Source of the DNA: Elusimicrobiota bacterium
GTDB lineage: Bacteria > Elusimicrobiota > Elusimicrobia > Elusimicrobiales > UBA9959
DNA length: 10,363 bases
Direction: 5' to 3'
Assembly (NCBI GenBank): GCA_037137395.1
Contig: JBAXKK010000083.1
Span: forward strand, 1 to 10,363
Shown here: one piece after another, positions 7,589-10,363 of the stretch
Layout: every line of letters starts with the position of its first letter
Numbering within the stretch: the stretch's first letter is position 1
Notes under the pieces: generated by a model
Databases searched by the model: none
Told to the model about the DNA's origin: nothing
Seen by the model: only the letters and a program-made list of their open reading frames with translations
Made by a program: the position numbers and the translations under genes

Positions 7589-7643
7589 GTCAGGGCTGCC
7601 TCCCTCACCCTACCCCCCCAAAAGGCAGCCCTGCCTTTTTTTT
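7589..7643 (+). ncRNA. Candidate ~55-nt single-hairpin small RNA with C-rich loop
   Basis: Bounded by the strong promoter and a U8 tract. 11-bp perfect stem CAGGGCUGCCU (7591-7601) / AGGCAGCCCUG (7623-7633); 21-nt loop CCCUCACCCUACCCCCCCAAA; no ORF inside. Confidence 0.65.
7591..7643 (+). terminator. Intrinsic terminator-like hairpin + T8
   Basis: GC-rich 11-bp stem followed by CC and T8 (7636-7643). The loop is unusually large for an ordinary terminator. Confidence 0.7.
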
Positions 7644-7693
7644 GTCTAAAAACATGATGCCCCGGCTGTTTTCCCTAGTGCGGACGCAAAAGT

Positions 7694-7749
7694 AGCCATA
7701 AGCTTTATAAGGAGTTCCTTAAAAGCGTATGGCTTAAAGCCTATGGCTT
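7694..7749. repeat. Three copies of AAAGC(G/C/T)TATGGCT, one inverted and two tandem, forming an imperfect hairpin
   Basis: Inverted copy 7694-7706; direct copies start at 7722 and 7736 (14-nt period); inner stem TAAGG/CCTTA at 7708-7721. Lies just downstream of the stop codon of the minus-strand operon. Confidence 0.7.
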
Positions 7750-7760
7750 ACGGCAATGAG

Positions 7761-8693
7761 TTACTTTGGGAAATATCCGTAGCGGAACTGGAACATTCCG
7801 AGTACATCCCAGCCCCCTTTGAAGGTGAGGTAGGAAATTTCAAAATTCATTTTCAGGAGCGTGCCCAGATGGAAGTTAAATAGCGTGGGGCTCTGCGACG
7901 CGCCCTGCGGCATCATTACTTCCACGCCTATCGGTGAATTGGGTTTGGGCAGCCACATCAGGCCGCCGAAAACCATGCCGGTGGGGATAGTCAGGCTGGT
8001 TACTCCGCTTCGGCTAAGGGCTTCTTTTGACAGGAATTCAGAAAGCTGATAGATGACTTTTGGCATATCCCCGTCCGAATAGCCGGCGTTCAGGATGAAC
8101 TTGGGGTGGAGCCGCTTTGTCAGGACGATATAGGCGTTGGCGTAAGTATCGGTTTTCTTGCCGGTTGCTTTAACCGTAAGGTTGAAAGTTCCGGCTATGG
8201 GGGGCTGGGGCGCGTCGCGGAACATGAAAATGCCCTGCACGCCGGATGCCACGGCCGGACGCCAGCGTCCCTCGGTCTGGATCAGCATTTTAGTGTCGGC
8301 GCTGAGCATCCAAAATCCTATGCGGTCCAGATAGTTGGTTTTCTCTATGGTCCAGTCGTATTTGTTTTTTCCGTAAAGGCGTCCTATGTAATAGGCGGCG
8401 TTAAAATCAAGTCCAAGACCTATGGAGTTTTTCCCCCGGCCGCGATAGGCGGTCGGCATGAGCACAATGCCGCTTAGAGGCACCTTGGTTTCCTCGTATT
8501 GCGCGGGTTTGGACGGCATGCCGGGTTTGGCCGCCTGCGGGAGATAAGAGGCCGTGGAAAGAGACAGACCTTCCAGAGTGGTTGTGCTGGGCGCGGGAAT
8601 GACCTGCATCATCTGCGCGGCGGCGGGGCCGGAGAAGGCGATGGTCAGGAGAAAGACTGTGTAGAGTGGTTTTTTCATATTATCAATTATCAC
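7761..8693 (-). CDS. Hypothetical secreted protein, probable outer-membrane beta-barrel
   Basis: Sec signal peptide MKKPLYTVFLLTIAFSGPAAA|Q. Start is either GTG 8693, overlapping the pgpA stop, or ATG 8678. Alternating amphipathic strands (IGLGLDFNAAY, FILNAGY, MNFEISY) and an aromatic C-terminal strand GMFQFRYGYFPK. Confidence 0.7.
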   Translation of the reverse strand: MIIDNMKKPLYTVFLLTIAFSGPAAAQMMQVIPAPSTTTLEGLSLSTASYLPQAAKPGMPSKPAQYEETKVPLSGIVLMPTAYRGRGKNSIGLGLDFNAAYYIGRLYGKNKYDWTIEKTNYLDRIGFWMLSADTKMLIQTEGRWRPAVASGVQGIFMFRDAPQPPIAGTFNLTVKATGKKTDTYANAYIVLTKRLHPKFILNAGYSDGDMPKVIYQLSEFLSKEALSRSGVTSLTIPTGMVFGGLMWLPKPNSPIGVEVMMPQGASQSPTLFNFHLGTLLKMNFEISYLTFKGGWDVLGMFQFRYGYFPK

Positions 8694-9217
8694 TTGCCGA
8701 TCCAGAAAATCATCAAAAGTCTGGTAAGCAGGTTCGCTTCCAGCCCAGCCAGAGCGTCGTCGAACACTACGCCAAAGCCTCCGGCCAGATTTTTCTCAAA
8801 CTTTTTTATGGGCCAGGGCTTTAATGTATCTAATATTCTAAAAAAAATGAACGCGGTTGTTAAGGAAAATATTGTGCGCTCCATGAACGCAGCCGCTATC
8901 CAGTAACCGGCGATTTCGTCTATAACTATGCGGGGATCATCGTGAGTGCCGTATATCCGGGACGCACGGTCCGCCACCTTCACTGAGAAAACAATAAATA
9001 TCGCCAGAAAAACACCGTACGCCGTATCGCCTGCCGGCAGGAGCGGGAACATCAGGAAAGCCAGAGCTGTGCCCATAAACCCGGCCCCGGTAAACTTCCT
9101 GAACCCTGTCAGTTTCTCCGGGATAAGGCTGATGAAAAATCCGGTTGCGAAGAACTCGGTAAGTTTCTCCCCGAAACTCATTCCCGGCACTCGCGCGCGG
9201 AGTTGGGAGGGCGTCAC
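8690..9217 (-). CDS. pgpA: Phosphatidylglycerophosphatase A
   Basis: Motifs GTHDDPRIVIDEIAG, FFRILDTLKPWPI, GGFGVVFDDALAG. Start reassigned to GTG 9217 (GTGA overlap with the pgsA stop) instead of 9352, giving 175 aa. Confidence 0.92.
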   Translation of the reverse strand: MTPSQLRARVPGMSFGEKLTEFFATGFFISLIPEKLTGFRKFTGAGFMGTALAFLMFPLLPAGDTAYGVFLAIFIVFSVKVADRASRIYGTHDDPRIVIDEIAGYWIAAAFMERTIFSLTTAFIFFRILDTLKPWPIKKFEKNLAGGFGVVFDDALAGLEANLLTRLLMIFWIGK

Positions 9218-9825
9218 GCTTTTTTCTCGCTCCAGGATTTCCTGATAAGTTCCCGGTGATTGTAAAGGTATATAACCCCGCTTATAAGCGTTACAAGGGC
9301 GGTGAGGACCGTCAGGTCGTGGGAAATCCGTCCTGAATGCCCGCTTAGCCATGTGAGCCAGTCAAGGTCGATAGGGTGCTTTCGCAGCCAGGCCTTGAGA
9401 ACCAGCAGCGCCATGATAATAAACGCGGAGGTCAGCTGTACGGCCGTCTTGAACTTGCCGGCTGCCTCCGCCTTCATAACTTCTCCGTTCAGTGCGGCCA
9501 GCACCCGCAGCGTGGAGATAGTGAACTCCCGCAGCAGAATTATGAAGACCGCCCATAGCGGTATCGTCAGTTCACGAATTGAGGCGAAGGCGAGAAAGGT
9601 CGACATGATCAGGATCTTGTCGGCCAGCGGGTCAACGATGGCGCCGAAGCGGGTGGTTGTCCGGGTGCGGCGGGCGATAACGCCGTCCACATAGTCGGAA
9701 ATGCTGGCGACTGTCAGCAGTATAAAAGCGATTATTACGGACCAGAAGCCGCGGTAGAATATCAGGAAAAATATAATAAGGCTCAGGAGCATTCTCATGA
9801 GCGTTATGCGGTTTGCTAGGGTCAT
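9214..9825 (-). CDS. pgsA: CDP-diacylglycerol--glycerol-3-phosphate 3-phosphatidyltransferase
   Basis: NRITLMR N-terminus; CDP-alcohol phosphotransferase motif DYVDGVIARR...FGAIVDPLADK; LREF..S.LR; GKFKT..Q. Adjacent to pgpA. Confidence 0.95.
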   Translation of the reverse strand: MTLANRITLMRMLLSLIIFFLIFYRGFWSVIIAFILLTVASISDYVDGVIARRTRTTTRFGAIVDPLADKILIMSTFLAFASIRELTIPLWAVFIILLREFTISTLRVLAALNGEVMKAEAAGKFKTAVQLTSAFIIMALLVLKAWLRKHPIDLDWLTWLSGHSGRISHDLTVLTALVTLISGVIYLYNHRELIRKSWSEKKA

Positions 9826-9831
9826 AAAGGA

Positions 9832-9964
9832 AGCGCGGCAGCTGGACAGCGCGGCAGCGAGATAGTATTAAAAGGTGAATATGCCGACATAACTCCTGTG
9901 TCTTTCATGGTATGTCTTCCCGGTTTCTAACTGTCGCGCTGTCTTGCTGCCGTGCTGTCGAGCT
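9832..9964. repeat. Two inverted arrays of degenerate octamers (consensus AGCNNGRC) flanking a ~65-bp core
   Basis: Plus strand 9832-9863: AGCGCGGC AGCTGGAC AGCGCGGC AGCGAGAT. Minus strand 9964-9933: AGCTCGAC AGCACGGC AGCAAGAC AGCGCGAC. Confidence 0.75.
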
Positions 9965-10363
9965 AATTATTAAACTCAAGTACTTCTGTGCCTTTGGGCG
10001 GTATGAATCTGAAGAGCGCCTTGTCAAGGGAGGCGTTCTTTTCGGGGTTTTCCAACCTGGTCCGGATGGTTGTGTTTTCCACGGTGAGTGCGGCCTCTGC
10101 GGGAAAATAGTCGGTAGAAGACAGGGTCAGCGTAAGCGTGTATAACCCCGGATTGTGTTTGCCGGTAAGGACCATGGTGATGTAATAAGGTGCGGCTGTG
10201 TCTTTGGCGACCTTTACATTATTTTTTTCAGTAAGGGCCGCGTAGTTACCGAAGTCCATGATGCCGGAAAAATTGCTGCTCTGGTTCTTTTTCCACGCGC
10301 CCCACGACGTGCGCACGGCCTGAGAATCTTCGGGTTTGTATACCCACAGCTCTTTCTTATCGG
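9963..10363 (-). CDS. lolA: Outer-membrane lipoprotein carrier LolA family protein; 5' end outside the window
   Basis: The frame stays open upstream of 10316 to the window edge: DKKELWVYKPEDSQAV resembles LolA DG..lW.Y.P...Q. C-terminal LDKALFRFIPPKGTEVLE matches the LolA F.F.pP.G..v motif. Confidence 0.8.
   Translation of the reverse strand, partial: DKKELWVYKPEDSQAVRTSWGAWKKNQSSNFSGIMDFGNYAALTEKNNVKVAKDTAAPYYITMVLTGKHNPGLYTLTLTLSSTDYFPAEAALTVENTTIRTRLENPEKNASLDKALFRFIPPKGTEVLEFNN

Noticed and set aside
7589..7643. tRNA or other known housekeeping RNA
   Set aside because: Too short, a single hairpin, and no D/T-loop motifs.
7555..7646. Alternative pairings TGACAAA/TTTGTCA (7555-7561 with 7586-7592) and GACAAAAA/TTTTTGTC suggesting an attenuator or riboswitch
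   Set aside because: Short AT-rich matches; the 5' arm lies upstream of the predicted TSS and there is no downstream plus-strand gene to regulate.
9218..9352. Long N-terminal extension of PgpA given by the ORF track
   Set aside because: It overlaps pgsA by more than 130 nt; the GTG at 9217 gives a typical GTGA coupling and a normal PgpA length.
9832..9964. CRISPR array interpretation of the intergenic repeats (also 7694-7749)
   Set aside because: Units are 8-14 nt, degenerate, adjacent with no spacers and partly inverted; no cas genes in the window.
7861..10145. Plus-strand ORFs over the envelope operon (7861-8049, 8106-8477, 8499-8906, 8946-9245, 9302-9694, 9376-9558, 9912-10145) and minus ORF 9362-9556
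   Set aside because: Shadows of pgsA, pgpA, lolA and the secreted protein.

Overview
Window from a diderm bacterium: it encodes LolA and a probable outer-membrane protein. The gene style is reminiscent of Elusimicrobiota, but that is an unverified impression. The left two-thirds is a signalling cluster. A tightly coupled minus-strand operon runs REC-GGDEF(GGDDF variant) -> multi-TM Ser/Thr kinase -> CHASE2/TPR-like Ser/Thr kinase -> PP2C phosphatase (cut by the window edge and missing from the ORF track). It is divergent from an excisionase-like HTH + REC regulator. The right third is a minus-strand envelope/lipid operon: lolA (partial), pgsA, pgpA and a secreted beta-rich protein. The best unexplained signal is at 7526-7643. 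A perfect palindrome and a near-consensus sigma70 promoter (TTGACA-17-TGnTAGAAT) point into a single ~55-nt hairpin with a 21-nt C-rich loop and a U8 tail, with no ORF. This is a candidate regulated small RNA next to the regulator gene. Two intergenic short-period inverted repeat elements are also present. One contains a 28-codon mini-ORF whose stop overlaps the pgsA start.
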